NCBI GenBank assembly: GCA_048885925.1 | Contig: JBHLLG010000004.1 | Coordinates: 32,001 to 96,000, forward strand | DNA length: 64,000 bases | Direction of reading: 5' to 3' | DNA from: Candidatus Hermodarchaeota archaeon | GTDB lineage: Archaea > Asgardarchaeota > Lokiarchaeia > Sigyniarchaeales > SOKP01 | Shown here: piece after piece, positions 50,735 to 60,205 of the stretch | Position numbering within the stretch: the stretch's first letter is position 1 | Layout: each line of letters starts with the position of its first letter | Notes under the pieces: model-generated | What the model was told of the DNA's origin: nothing | Database searches by the model: none | What the model saw: the letters and a program-made list of their open reading frames with translations, nothing else | Position numbers and translations under genes: made by a program

Positions 50735-51067
50735 ATGAGTTTTGATGAATTTGATGAGGATTTAGGGATGGAGGAACCAGTAAAATCTAAAACTCCCGCT
50801 ACTAAAATTCCTTCCGCAGGAAAGAAATTGACTTTATATTTCATGTCTACCATCGGACCTGGTGAAAAAAAGGAAAAATTAACTGTTAACGATAACAATC
50901 GTATAAGAGATATTAAAAATACATTAGGAAATTTATATGGACTTGATCCTAATGATTTTCATTTATCTTCGGGTGGAGTTACAATGGATGAAAATAGTAC
51001 ATTAAAAGACTATAATCTTAATAATGGTGATGATATTCTTTTAATTCCTGCTAGCACAGCTGGATAA
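50735..51067 (+). CDS. Ubiquitin-like protein 2, ends STAG; first gene of the E1-E2-JAB-RING cluster
   Basis: IRDIKNTL...FHLSSGGVTMDENSTLKDYNLNNGDDILLIPASTAG. Confidence 0.9.
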   Translation: MSFDEFDEDLGMEEPVKSKTPATKIPSAGKKLTLYFMSTIGPGEKKEKLTVNDNNRIRDIKNTLGNLYGLDPNDFHLSSGGVTMDENSTLKDYNLNNGDDILLIPASTAG

Positions 51068-51098
51068 ACTTATATAATTTTTTTCATAAACTATAATG

Positions 51099-51130
51099 TA
51101 AGGGCTTTAAGCCCTTAAATTTTTTTTATT
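51099..51130 (+). terminator. Inverted repeat plus T-tract between Ubl2 and E1
   Basis: TAAGGGCTT-T-AAGCCCTTA at 51099-51117 followed by a long T-run. Confidence 0.45.
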
Positions 51131-51145
51131 TTATAATGATTATTA

Positions 51146-52381
51146 TTGGTGTTTATATTGAAAAATAGGTCAGATTTTTTTAGTAAAGAGCTAACAACGG
51201 AAGAGAAAAAATTATACGACCGCCAATTTAGGCTTGAAGGATGGTCGCAAAAATTAGTAAAGAATTCTCGCGTTTTAATGATAGGTGTAGGAGGATTAGG
51301 GTGCGAAATTGCAAAGAATCTAGCAATGCTAGGAGTAGGGCATTTAGATTTAGTAGATCTTGATATCATTGAACATTCAAATCTAAATCGCCAAATCTTA
51401 TTTGCTGGAGCAAAAGTAGGAGAATCAAAAGCACTTGTTGCAGCAAGAAAATTAACTGAAATTAACCCTAATACTATAATAAAAGGTTATCAAACTTCCC
51501 TAGAACGATTAGATCCAAGAATATATCGCGCTGCAGATGTTGTTATTGGTGGGCTTGATTCCATGAATGCTCGGTTGAATTTAAATGCTCAATGTATAAG
51601 ATTTAGAAAACCATTAGTCGATGGAGGTGTATCTGGCTATCATGGTCATGTTTATACAATTTTTCCATTTAAAAATGCATGTTATGAATGCAATCCACTT
51701 CCGGTTGGAGAAAGTGACGAAATGGCAGCGTGCACAGTAGTAGGCGTTCCTAGAAAGAGAATCCATTGCGTTTTTAAAGGAGACATGGCGTTTAAAGAAA
51801 ATTTTGATAGAGATCCTAATCCAAAAAATATCAATGATATCAAATTTATACAAAAAGTTGCTAATGAATTAGTAAATAAACATAATTTTCTTCCGGAGTA
51901 TACCGAAGATGATATTGTAAAGATAATTGATCGACATGATCCAGGAATAATTACCATAAATGCTGTCATTTCTGCGTTACAATCACATGAAGTTGTAAAA
52001 ATCCTTCATTGGAAGAAAGGTCATACAGGTTTAGGTGAGCCTATTACTGATTATGTTATTTTCAATGCAATGACAATGATGTTTTATCATATTGAGAAAA
52101 AAAAAAATCCAGAATGTTCCCAATGCGGAAAAAATGTCCGGAGATTTTTAGTTAAATTAAGAAAAACTTCCCCTTGTATTAATATAATAAAAACTTTAGA
52201 GAAGCGTGGTTTTAAGCTAGATTCTGATCTAGAACCAGTATTAACATTAGTGGATTTTAATGATGTTAAGATGATAGATTTAGACCAGAATCCAATTGAA
52301 AATTGCTTAAGAGATTATGAATTTATGACGGCTGCTGGATTTAAGGAAGGAGAAATTTTTGTAACTTTAAAATTGAAATAA
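51146..52381 (+). CDS. Ubiquitin-like activating enzyme E1 (ThiF/UBA family)
   Basis: YDRQ, GVGGLGCE, SNLNRQ, GLDS...AR, CYEC, putative catalytic ACT...PR...HC, CSQC. Confidence 0.93.
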   Translation: MVFILKNRSDFFSKELTTEEKKLYDRQFRLEGWSQKLVKNSRVLMIGVGGLGCEIAKNLAMLGVGHLDLVDLDIIEHSNLNRQILFAGAKVGESKALVAARKLTEINPNTIIKGYQTSLERLDPRIYRAADVVIGGLDSMNARLNLNAQCIRFRKPLVDGGVSGYHGHVYTIFPFKNACYECNPLPVGESDEMAACTVVGVPRKRIHCVFKGDMAFKENFDRDPNPKNINDIKFIQKVANELVNKHNFLPEYTEDDIVKIIDRHDPGIITINAVISALQSHEVVKILHWKKGHTGLGEPITDYVIFNAMTMMFYHIEKKKNPECSQCGKNVRRFLVKLRKTSPCINIIKTLEKRGFKLDSDLEPVLTLVDFNDVKMIDLDQNPIENCLRDYEFMTAAGFKEGEIFVTLKLK

Positions 52382-52491
52382 AAATTCTGTTTGAAAAGGT
52401 TTTATATGAAAATTTTATGAAATAAAAAGAAATATAACTATAAATTTAGATATTTAAAATAAACGATAGAAAAATAAAAAGGGTTGAGAAT

Positions 52492-53019
52492 ATGAGTATA
52501 AGAAGTAGTCGAATATCTCAAGATTTTGCGGGATTAAAAAAGTTATATAAAGATGGAACTATTGTCCAGTTAAAACCATTTAATCCCAATAGAAAGAGTA
52601 TTGATCATTTAGCTATCACTATTAAAGGTCCTAAAGGTACTGCCTATTCAGGAGGTCTTTTTAAATTAGAAATGAGATTCCCTGCACAGTATCCCAAACA
52701 GCCACCTTTTGTTAGATTGCACACTCCAATCTGGCATCCGAATTTTTGGGCAAAACCTAGTGAATATAAAGGCCAGAGGAATATTTGCTTAGCATTAGTA
52801 GATCCCTCATTAGTAGGCAAAAAAGGAGGATGGAGCCCATCAAAAACAGCTGTGACAGTTGTTCAGGCTATAATTGCTATGCTGAACACAAGGGGTAAAT
52901 ATGTAAATCCCACTGATGTTTTTAATAAAAAAGCAGCGATAGAGATGATGAAAAATCAAAAATTGTTCGAGAAAAAAGTAAAAAACTTAGTTAAAAAGTA
53001 TGCAAATAAAAAGTGGTGA
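52492..53019 (+). CDS. Ubiquitin-conjugating enzyme E2
   Basis: GPKGTAYSGGLF, FPAQYPKQPP, WHPN, NICL, WSP. Confidence 0.95.
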   Translation: MSIRSSRISQDFAGLKKLYKDGTIVQLKPFNPNRKSIDHLAITIKGPKGTAYSGGLFKLEMRFPAQYPKQPPFVRLHTPIWHPNFWAKPSEYKGQRNICLALVDPSLVGKKGGWSPSKTAVTVVQAIIAMLNTRGKYVNPTDVFNKKAAIEMMKNQKLFEKKVKNLVKKYANKKW

Positions 53020-53843
53020 AATTTAAGATGGGAGAGGATAATTCACATTTAGACTCTATTAAAGAAACAATAAAGAAGAAAATTAAAGATGTAATTAAGA
53101 AGGAATTGTTAGAAGAAATCTATGAAGAATTAAAAATGGAAGAGAAAGAGTTAGTAGATGAAATTAGTTCAATGATCTCTAAAAAAGATCCTGAAACCCA
53201 AACGATAAAGCATTCAACTACTCCAGCCAATTCACAATCAATAAAGGAAGAACAAAAAATTATTTTTGAAGATAAAATAGAAAAAGAAGTATATATTTCA
53301 GTCAAGGCAATATTAAAAGTAGCTAGTCATGCTCTTAAATACGCTAATTCTAAAATTCCAAAAAAAAGTTGGGTGGAAGTAATAGGATTACTAGCAGGTA
53401 AATTAGATAATAAAAATGGTATTTTACACATTGAGGATTATTATCCAATGGGTCATGGAACAGCTGTTTATGCTGAAATAAAAGATTATCGAAACTATGC
53501 TAGGGCATTCCGAGATATTAAAAAACAACAGTTATTTATCTGTGGTTGGGCACACAGCCATCCTTCTTATGGTTGTTTTATGTCTAATGAAGATATTGGT
53601 ACTCAAGCAAGATATCAAAAGCTCTGGGATAAAGCTGTTGCCCTAGTTATCGATCCGTATCTTATTGATGGAACTTCAGCTGGTTTTGAAATTTATCGTG
53701 CTGATTTAGCTTCAAAAACGTGGTATCCTTTAGTATATGGTATTAAAGGTTCATTAGATATTCGGATGTTACCAGAAATACTTAATTTTATGAATCCAAT
53801 AATTGAAGGCAAACCCGTATATCTCGAATATGATGAAAATTGA
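53013..53843 (+). CDS. JAB/MPN+ metallo-isopeptidase, Rpn11/CSN5-like (start GTG 53013 or ATG 53028)
   Basis: EVIGLL, GWAHSHPSYGCFMSNEDIGTQ (JAMM motif), ALVIDP. Confidence 0.93.
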   Translation: MVKFKMGEDNSHLDSIKETIKKKIKDVIKKELLEEIYEELKMEEKELVDEISSMISKKDPETQTIKHSTTPANSQSIKEEQKIIFEDKIEKEVYISVKAILKVASHALKYANSKIPKKSWVEVIGLLAGKLDNKNGILHIEDYYPMGHGTAVYAEIKDYRNYARAFRDIKKQQLFICGWAHSHPSYGCFMSNEDIGTQARYQKLWDKAVALVIDPYLIDGTSAGFEIYRADLASKTWYPLVYGIKGSLDIRMLPEILNFMNPIIEGKPVYLEYDEN

Positions 53844-53871
53844 AACAGATAATTTTGGTGATGAATAAACT

Positions 53872-55029
53872 GTGGCTAAAGTTAAATCTGTTGCAATTGT
53901 TCTAGGGATATTTTCATTAATAGGCATAATACATGGTGTTATTTCAAATTCTTTTAACATATTTATAACTTGGGTATTAATTGGAATCTGGTTGATTTAT
54001 TCTTTTAAAGTATTTAAAAATATTAAGCAGTATCGCGAATTTAATTCTCCTCATAATACTGCTTTCTTTATTATAAGTCCTATTTTTGTTGGAATTTTTT
54101 ATTCAATTTGGAGTAATTTTACTGGTATATTGGGAGAGAATCTTTTAGAAGGTTCAGATTTATATTTAAGTTGGTGGAGTATATTATTTGGTTTTCCGTA
54201 TGTGTTATATGGTTCAATATCATTATATCGTTGTTTTAAAAAATACCATGTAATTTATTTTGGTACAAAATCAATAAAAGCCCGTACTTTTGGATATATC
54301 TTAGGTCTATCAACTATAATTTTTATAATTATCTATTGGATAAGTTTTTATTCTGTTGTTGACTTTAGTGAATCTTTACTAACACCTCTCCATTTTCTAA
54401 TAGATCTCAATCTTCTCATATTCCTTATTAGTACTATTTTAATATTAATTGTCCCCGGATTAATTGGAGGTCAAACCCGTCTACCACAATTAAGTAGAGA
54501 CTATATTTCACAACGAACACGTAGATTAAGCCGATTAACTTCACCTAGAATAACCTCAACTCCTCGTAGGCAGAGAGAAAGTTCTCGTAGTTCATCTAGA
54601 TCTTCTCCCTCTCCTTCAATTAGTACAAGTACTCGCACATCGAGATCAGTAACTCATTCAGTAAGATCCACACCAAAAGCAAACAGAACAACTGTAAGTT
54701 CAAGAGCTAAAGCATCCACTCGAACTGTACATAGAAAAAATTTAGATCTATACAAACCTAAAGCCGCAAGTTTATCACCGGAAGACTTTAAATGCATTTT
54801 TTGTTTTAAATTACCGGAATTACCTAAAGATAATGGTAGAGGCATAGTACTATGTCCAAAATGTAGGTATCCTGCCCATGCAGATGAATTCAAAGATTGG
54901 CTTTCAAACTCTAACCTTTGCTCTCGATGTAATGCACCTATTTCAGGAGGTTTTAGAAGAAATCCTAGAATTATTAGTGTAAAAAATTATTTAATAATTT
55001 ATAGAGATTTTCTAAGGAGAGGAAGATAG
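53872..55029 (+). CDS. Polytopic membrane protein with C-terminal RING-variant domain (putative E3)
   Basis: About 6 TM, Ser/Thr/Arg linker, CIFC...CPKC...HADEFKDWL...CSRC. Confidence 0.8.
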   Translation: MAKVKSVAIVLGIFSLIGIIHGVISNSFNIFITWVLIGIWLIYSFKVFKNIKQYREFNSPHNTAFFIISPIFVGIFYSIWSNFTGILGENLLEGSDLYLSWWSILFGFPYVLYGSISLYRCFKKYHVIYFGTKSIKARTFGYILGLSTIIFIIIYWISFYSVVDFSESLLTPLHFLIDLNLLIFLISTILILIVPGLIGGQTRLPQLSRDYISQRTRRLSRLTSPRITSTPRRQRESSRSSSRSSPSPSISTSTRTSRSVTHSVRSTPKANRTTVSSRAKASTRTVHRKNLDLYKPKAASLSPEDFKCIFCFKLPELPKDNGRGIVLCPKCRYPAHADEFKDWLSNSNLCSRCNAPISGGFRRNPRIISVKNYLIIYRDFLRRGR

Positions 55030-55061
55030 CTTATCATAATATTTTTGAGCTTATTGGAGAA

Positions 55062-56006
55062 TTAAATTTTCATTTTCAATTGTTTTTTTAACTCCCCTAT
55101 AGTGGTTTTTAGCTCCGCATAAACATTATGAGGATGGATAGACTCAAGACTTTCAATTTTAAATTTAACTTTAAAATTATCTTCGAGATTTGGAAAATTT
55201 CTCGAAATGAAATTTTTTGCCATTTCTCTAACAACATCTTCAGAAAATAGAGGTTTCAAGTGAGCAGTTCTTACTAATTCGGCTTCTTCAGGTCTTTTTA
55301 AAACAGATTGAATTTTACCACTCATTGATTCCTCTATAACATCAATAATGTCCAAAACATCTATCTTATGATTATTTAAATCTTTTATTTGAACTATAAT
55401 TGTTCCAATAGATCTTTGATTATGTGAGGAAAAGGGAAGGATATTTAAAAGTTTATTAAGATCGTCTTCTGTAACTTTGATATCTTTTCTAGATTTAACA
55501 ACTTCTTGGGCGTATTCTAATGAGAGTTCTTTTGCACATGGACAAACTGTCATTCCAACTGCGCTTGCCCCTATGAAGTAATTATAATCGATATGATAAT
55601 GACTATCTCGGTTTGCTTTTACAAAGGAACTAATATCATAGGATTTTTGAATAATCCTTTCATCATTTTCTCGTACTTGAACGATAATTTTTCCTTCCAA
55701 TTTGACTTCTGCTTTTGAGGTATATGGATGGCGTTCCATTAATTTTTTCACTATTCTATCTCCAACGAGTTCAATAGTAGGAGTAGGTTTGAAAATTACT
55801 TCATTAATTACTTCTTCTATTGTTTCTGAAGTACGAGACATATGAATCCCTCGTTGTTCAGCGGGTAGATTAATTAATGCTGATATTCTTGGGTAGAAAG
55901 AATATTTCTTATTCTCTTGTACAATCTCAACTTTTTTTTCTAATTCTACAATACCGACTTTATCAATTGGTATATCTATTGCTGAACCAGAATCCTGTAA
56001 ATCCAT
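55062..56006 (-). CDS. mptA: GTP cyclohydrolase MptA/FolE2
   Basis: DLQD, RGIHMSR, GMTVCPC, HNQRS, LKRPEE, ESIHPHN. Confidence 0.93.
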   Translation of the reverse strand: MDLQDSGSAIDIPIDKVGIVELEKKVEIVQENKKYSFYPRISALINLPAEQRGIHMSRTSETIEEVINEVIFKPTPTIELVGDRIVKKLMERHPYTSKAEVKLEGKIIVQVRENDERIIQKSYDISSFVKANRDSHYHIDYNYFIGASAVGMTVCPCAKELSLEYAQEVVKSRKDIKVTEDDLNKLLNILPFSSHNQRSIGTIIVQIKDLNNHKIDVLDIIDVIEESMSGKIQSVLKRPEEAELVRTAHLKPLFSEDVVREMAKNFISRNFPNLEDNFKVKFKIESLESIHPHNVYAELKTTIGELKKQLKMKI

Positions 56007-56116
56007 TTTAAACTTATGAATTTTGACTCACCAGAATCAAAAAATAATTTTATTTTGTTCTATTCATAAAAAAGATTAGATAAAATATAAAATAATTTGA
56101 ATTTTTTAAGAGTAAA

Positions 56117-57289
56117 ATGCCTCATAAAAGTATTTTTAGCAATTTTGCATTAATAGGGGAAGATTTAGCATTAAAGCAAGATGTGTTTTTAGAAATTGAT
56201 GAAGATGGAAAAATTTTAGAAATAATATATGATGATTTAGATACATCTAATATAACTACTGATAGTAGTCAAAATTACTTACTTTTACCTGGGTTTATCA
56301 ATTCACATACTCATATAGGGGATAATTTCGCTAAAGAATTAGGCTTTAACAAAGAATTAGTAGATATAGTTGCCCCAATGTTTGGTCTGAAACATAAACT
56401 ATTAAGACAGACGCCGGACACGGTTAAAATTAAAGGAATTCAAAATGCTGTCTTAGAAATGCTTTCAAATGGAATTACATTTTTTATTGATTTTAGAGAA
56501 GAAGGAGTTGAAGGTTTGAATCTTCTAAAAAAAGCACTTATGGAAAGTCCAATGAATTATATGCTTTTAGGTCGGTTTATGGATGAGAGTGAAATAGAAT
56601 CTATTTTTGAATTAGCAGATGGAATGGGATTATCTAGTTATAAACAAATTACTTCAATAAATAAAAAATTAATTATAGAAGCTAAACAAAAATTCAATAA
56701 AATTATTGCTTGTCATTGTGCTGAAAATACCCGTAATATTAATCTAATAAATGATATGTTTAATGATGATTTTATTGATGTAATTATCCATGCGACAAAA
56801 TTTATCAAAGATGATTTAGAAGAAGTAATTTCAAAGAGTAAATCAGTTGTTTTATGTCCTCGTAGTAATGGGTATTTTGGAGTCGGTTTTCCCCCCATTA
56901 ACGAAATTATAAAACTAAAGATTCCAATATCTTTAGGTACCGATAATACAATGGTAAATAATACCGATTTATTTGAAGAGATTCGTTATTTGTATAGAAT
57001 TTCTAGGATTTTATGCAATTATAATAAAGAACTTCAATTAACATCTAAAGATTTATTAAAAATGGTTACTATAAATGCGGCTAAGAATTTTCATCTTGAA
57101 AATAAGTTGGGTACAATTTCTAAGGGAAAATTTGCTGATATTTTTCTAATTGACCTAAGCCACTCAAATCTTTTTTCTACCAATTTAGATTCTAATAATA
57201 TATATGATTTAATTACTCAAAGAACAAAATCAGAAAATATTATTAAGACATATATTAAAGGGGAGGTAGTATTTGAAAGAAGAGAATAA
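56117..57289 (+). CDS. Amidohydrolase (cytosine/adenosine deaminase superfamily)
   Basis: PGFINSHTH, HCAE, IHAT, CPRSN, LGTDN, TINAA, GKFAD. Confidence 0.9.
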   Translation: MPHKSIFSNFALIGEDLALKQDVFLEIDEDGKILEIIYDDLDTSNITTDSSQNYLLLPGFINSHTHIGDNFAKELGFNKELVDIVAPMFGLKHKLLRQTPDTVKIKGIQNAVLEMLSNGITFFIDFREEGVEGLNLLKKALMESPMNYMLLGRFMDESEIESIFELADGMGLSSYKQITSINKKLIIEAKQKFNKIIACHCAENTRNINLINDMFNDDFIDVIIHATKFIKDDLEEVISKSKSVVLCPRSNGYFGVGFPPINEIIKLKIPISLGTDNTMVNNTDLFEEIRYLYRISRILCNYNKELQLTSKDLLKMVTINAAKNFHLENKLGTISKGKFADIFLIDLSHSNLFSTNLDSNNIYDLITQRTKSENIIKTYIKGEVVFERRE

Positions 57290-57938
57290 GCCTTATATCA
57301 TTTTAAGCGCTGCAATGACAATAGATGGAAAAATTGCTACTAAAAAGGGTGATTCAGAATTATCGGATAAAATTGATTGGAAAGAAGTCCATAAACTCCG
57401 AACCGAAGTTGATGCTATAATGGTTGGAAAGGGAACGATTTTAAAAGATAATCCAAAATTGCATATTAAATATTATCATCATAAAGGATATTATAGAATT
57501 GTTTTAGATAGCAATTTAACCATTCCTTTAGAATCCAATATTATCTCTTTTCAACAAGAAATCTATCCCACTATTATTTGTACAACTGAAAATGTTCCAA
57601 TAACTAAAGTAAAAATGTATGAAGAAAAAAGTGTTAAAATAATTAAAGCTGGGGATGGAGAGCGTGTGAATTTGATTAAACTTTTACCAATCTTAAAAGA
57701 TTTCGGAATAAATTATATTTTACTTGAAGGTGGTGGTAATTTAAATTGGAGTTTTATTGAAAATGATTTGATTAACGAAATAAGGCTGACTATAGCTCCT
57801 TGTATTGTAGGTGGAAAGGAAGCAACAAGCTTAGTAGAAGGAATAGGATTTGAAGAAATAGCTAAAGCTCCTAAATTTGAGCTTTTTGATGCTAAAGTTA
57901 GAAATGATTACATTACATTAAGATATAAAAGGAAGTAG
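57273..57938 (+). CDS. arfC: 2,5-diamino-6-ribosylamino-4(3H)-pyrimidinone 5'-phosphate reductase (RibD C-terminal family)
   Basis: AMTIDGKIAT, VHKLR, DAIMVG, DNPKL, LLEGGG. Confidence 0.88.
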   Translation: MKEENKPYIILSAAMTIDGKIATKKGDSELSDKIDWKEVHKLRTEVDAIMVGKGTILKDNPKLHIKYYHHKGYYRIVLDSNLTIPLESNIISFQQEIYPTIICTTENVPITKVKMYEEKSVKIIKAGDGERVNLIKLLPILKDFGINYILLEGGGNLNWSFIENDLINEIRLTIAPCIVGGKEATSLVEGIGFEEIAKAPKFELFDAKVRNDYITLRYKRK

Positions 57939-57940
57939 TA

Positions 57941-59047
57941 ATGAGTGAATATAATATCAAGCAATTAATAGGTTTAACCAATAAACACCTAAGAGAAAAA
58001 GTTAAGGAGATAAAAGCACCATTATCTCATAGAAAACGCAACACAATTACTTATTCGAAAAATTTTACACTCTCTCTTTCGAACTTTTGTATTAATCAAT
58101 GTGGATATTGTTTTTATAATTATAAAATCCCGAAGTTAAGTGGTGAAGATAATGTAATATTGAAAGCAAAAGAGCAAATCGAGACAATAATTCAAAAAGC
58201 TATTCAATATGATTGTAAGGAAGCCCTTGTTATGTCTGGAGAACTTCCTGGTAATTTCATTGAAGTTAAAAAAGAATTAGAAAAAAGAGGCTATTCAGAT
58301 TTTATACTATATGTGACAGAAATATGTAAATATTTACTTGAATTTAATGTTCTTCCTCATACAAATTTAGGATTTTTGACTTATGATGAAATGAAAAAGT
58401 TAAAGGAAATTAATGCAAGCATGGGATTGATGCTTGAGAGCACCAGTATGAGACTTTTTGAAAAAGGAAAGGTGCATGAACATTCTCCTGGAAAATTACC
58501 AGCAAAAAGAATAGAACACATAAGCAATGCTGGAAAATTAAAAATTCCATTTACTACAGGTTTATTAATAGGAATTGGGGAAACAATTGAAGATATAATA
58601 AAAGATTTACATCTAATCAAAAAGATCCATAATAAATATGGACATATACAAGAAGTGATAATCCAAAATTTTGTAAATAAACAAGGGATTCCCTATCAAC
58701 CTAAAAAACCTATTTCCATTGAAAAGATGCTCAAAATAACAGGAATTGCTCGTATCATTTTTGAAAATGAAATTGCCATTCAAGTTCCACCAAACTTAAT
58801 AAAAGGTTTTGAAAAAAATTTTATCGATATAGGTATCGATGATTTTGGTGGAATTTCCCCCATTACGTTAGATTATATAAATCCTGAAAAAAGGTGGCCC
58901 CAAATTGATGATTTGAAAAAAATTTGTATTGATAAAGGTTATTTTCTTAAAGAAAGGCTCCCAATATATGATAAATTTATAAATAAAGAAGGATTTTGTT
59001 CAGAAAATATTAAAAAAATAATTGATAATATAAATTTAAATGCTTAG
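57941..59047 (+). CDS. cofG: FO synthase subunit CofG (radical SAM)
   Basis: ITYSKN, CINQCGYC, LPHTNLG, SMGLMLES, IPFTTG, QVPPNL, DDFGGISP. Confidence 0.93.
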   Translation: MSEYNIKQLIGLTNKHLREKVKEIKAPLSHRKRNTITYSKNFTLSLSNFCINQCGYCFYNYKIPKLSGEDNVILKAKEQIETIIQKAIQYDCKEALVMSGELPGNFIEVKKELEKRGYSDFILYVTEICKYLLEFNVLPHTNLGFLTYDEMKKLKEINASMGLMLESTSMRLFEKGKVHEHSPGKLPAKRIEHISNAGKLKIPFTTGLLIGIGETIEDIIKDLHLIKKIHNKYGHIQEVIIQNFVNKQGIPYQPKKPISIEKMLKITGIARIIFENEIAIQVPPNLIKGFEKNFIDIGIDDFGGISPITLDYINPEKRWPQIDDLKKICIDKGYFLKERLPIYDKFINKEGFCSENIKKIIDNINLNA

Positions 59048-60173
59048 TTCTCAGTTTTTCGAGCATATCGACCAACGTGTTAATAAAATTTTACAGAAAG
59101 TTTTAGATTCAAAAGAATTGAGTTCAGAGGAAGCATTAGAATTATTAAAAGTAAATGGAAAAGAATTTTTTGCTTTACAATATATAGCTGATCAGGTCTG
59201 TTTAGAAAAAAAGCATAATATTGTAACTTTTGTCGTTAATAGAAATATAAATTTCACTAATGTGTGTTATCAACGTTGTAAGTTCTGTTCTTTCAGTTTA
59301 CCTGCTACAGATAATGATGCTTTTTTGCTTACTATTGATCAAGTTAGAGAAAAAGTAATTAAGGCAAAAAATGCTGGTTGTAGTGAAGTTTGTATTCAAG
59401 GAGGTATAAATCCCGATTTGACATTTGAATTTTATATAGATATTCTTAAATCTGTCAAAAAAATTGACCGAAATATACATATTCATGCTTTCTCTCCACA
59501 AGAAATATTTTATATATCCAAATTGTATGATAATTCAATAGAAGATACTTTGAAAGAATTAAAAAATGCTGGTTTAGATTCCATTCCGGGAACAGCTGCA
59601 GAGATATTAGTAGATGACGTGCGAAAAATTATTTGTCCTAATAAAATTACAACGTCCCAATGGATAAATATTATAACCATGGCTCATAAATTAGGAATTC
59701 CAACAACATCTACCATAATGTATGGTCATATCGAAAGTTTAAATGATAGAGTTAAACATTTACACATTATAAGAGAAATTCAAAAAGAAACTAAAGGTTT
59801 TACAGAATTCGTACTTTTGCCATTTATAAAGGATAAACCGATTTTGTCAAGACTGGAAAATTTCCCATTGAATCCTAGTTATGGAATGGATGATTTAAGA
59901 CTATTTTGTGTTGCTAGATTATTTTTAAATAACTATATTGATAATATTCAATGTAGTTGGGTGAAATTAGGACCCAAGTTTGCTCAAGTTTCTTTGAGTT
60001 ATGGCGTTAATGACTTTTCTGGAACTCTAATGGAGGAAAATATATCTAAAAGTGCTGGAGCGGAATTTGGAGAGTATTTATCTCCAGAAGAAATTGTGGA
60101 AATTATAAAAGAAGCAGGAAAAAAACCTGCCCAAAGAGATACTCTTTATAATATTATCAAATATTATAGATAA
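59040..60173 (+). CDS. cofH: FO synthase subunit CofH (radical SAM)
   Basis: NRNINFTNVCYQRCKFC, HAFSPQE, PGTAAEIL, TIMYGH, SWVKLG, GTLMEENIS. Confidence 0.93.
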   Translation: MLSSQFFEHIDQRVNKILQKVLDSKELSSEEALELLKVNGKEFFALQYIADQVCLEKKHNIVTFVVNRNINFTNVCYQRCKFCSFSLPATDNDAFLLTIDQVREKVIKAKNAGCSEVCIQGGINPDLTFEFYIDILKSVKKIDRNIHIHAFSPQEIFYISKLYDNSIEDTLKELKNAGLDSIPGTAAEILVDDVRKIICPNKITTSQWINIITMAHKLGIPTTSTIMYGHIESLNDRVKHLHIIREIQKETKGFTEFVLLPFIKDKPILSRLENFPLNPSYGMDDLRLFCVARLFLNNYIDNIQCSWVKLGPKFAQVSLSYGVNDFSGTLMEENISKSAGAEFGEYLSPEEIVEIIKEAGKKPAQRDTLYNIIKYYR

Positions 60174-60205
60174 AATTAATATAATATCCGTTATTTTAAT
60201 TTACC

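Noticed and set aside
52741-52830. In-frame BHB intron as an explanation for the E2 loop insertions
   Set aside because: No convincing bulge-helix-bulge pairing found by eye
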